Origin: an uncultured Thermoprotei archaeon
GTDB taxonomy: Archaea; Thermoproteota; Thermoprotei; Thermofilales; B15-G2
Reading direction: 5' to 3'
Assembly: GCA_965367815.1 (NCBI GenBank)
Contig: CBDUKN010000030.1
Span: 1-17,132 of the forward strand
Length of the DNA stretch: 17,132 nt
The notes beneath the pieces are model-generated. The model saw only the letters and a list, made by a program, of their open reading frames with translations, was not told where the DNA came from and searched no databases. Each line of letters begins with the position of its first letter. Within the stretch, counting starts at the first letter, position 1. Both the position numbers and the translations under genes were made by a program. Positions 16,916-17,132 of this stretch are shown here, piece by piece.

Positions 16916-17062
16916 GTGATAGACTTAAAACCTCTATTAATTGAATACGTTTCTCCTAAAGCTCCTTACAGAGAAAGACAGCTAAGTACACTAGTAGGTT
17001 TTCTTAACAACGATAGTAATTACTCAAACTTAATAATCTTAAGAGGAGCATCTGGCTTAGGA
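16916..17062 (+). CDS. Cdc6/Orc1-like AAA+ ATPase, 5' fragment cut by the contig end
   Basis: Not in the ORF track. From GTG 16916 it reads MIDLKPLLIEYVSPKAPYRERQLSTLVGFLNNDSNYSNLIILRGASGLG, matching the Cdc6 N-terminal pattern EYvP-x2-PxRE-xQ and the start of Walker A; adapter follows. Confidence 0.7.
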
Positions 17063-17132
17063 CTGTCTCTTATACACATCTCCGAGCCCACGAGACCTCT
17101 CTACATCTCGTATGCCGTCTTCTGCTTGAAAA
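17063..17132 (+). other. Illumina Nextera adapter read-through (technical artefact)
   Basis: CTGTCTCTTATACACATCT (mosaic end) + CCGAGCCCACGAGAC + 8-nt index CTCTCTAC + ATCTCGTATGCCGTCTTCTGCTTG (P7) + AAAA. Confidence 0.99.

Noticed and set aside
17063-17081. Tn5 mosaic end as evidence of a transposon
   Set aside because: It continues into the Nextera primer, index and P7 sequence, so it is a library artefact.
1-17132. CRISPR arrays, tRNA/rRNA genes, IS elements
   Set aside because: No regularly spaced repeats, cloverleaf or GC-rich structural RNA stretches, transposase ORFs or terminal inverted repeats were found by eye.

Overview
Archaeal chromosomal fragment, mostly information-processing housekeeping genes. 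It is most consistent with Thermoproteota (Thermofilales/Thermoproteales-like), judged from the aIF5B N-terminus GHVDVGKT...EPGTMTQHIGASFLPW, a GINS23-type gene before mcm, and DUF2286. Left to right: (1) a divergent XPB/Rad25-like SF2 helicase ending in a canonical PCNA-binding PIP box; (2) a minus-strand replication/repair run gins23-mcm-hel308-top6B-top6A; (3) rpl7ae-rps28e, divergent from rpl24e-infB-rps6e-eif2g, with ndk and the usual PIN gene absent; (4) Yip1 and stand-alone Lrp/AsnC genes; (5) a small-gene cluster of a double AbrB protein, an unannotated box C/D sRNA, a PDCD5-like protein, a CxxC-less thioredoxin-fold protein, DUF2286 and the 5' end of a Cdc6/Orc1-like gene. The last 70 nt are untrimmed Illumina Nextera adapter. 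No tRNA, rRNA, CRISPR array, transposase or intein was seen. I see no clear large novel system. The best leads are the C/D guide RNA predicted to methylate tRNA-Lys(UUU) U34, the atypical PIP-box helicase, an insertion in the MCM zinc finger, a K-turn-like rpl7ae leader, and the uncharacterised thioredoxin-like/DUF2286/Cdc6 unit.
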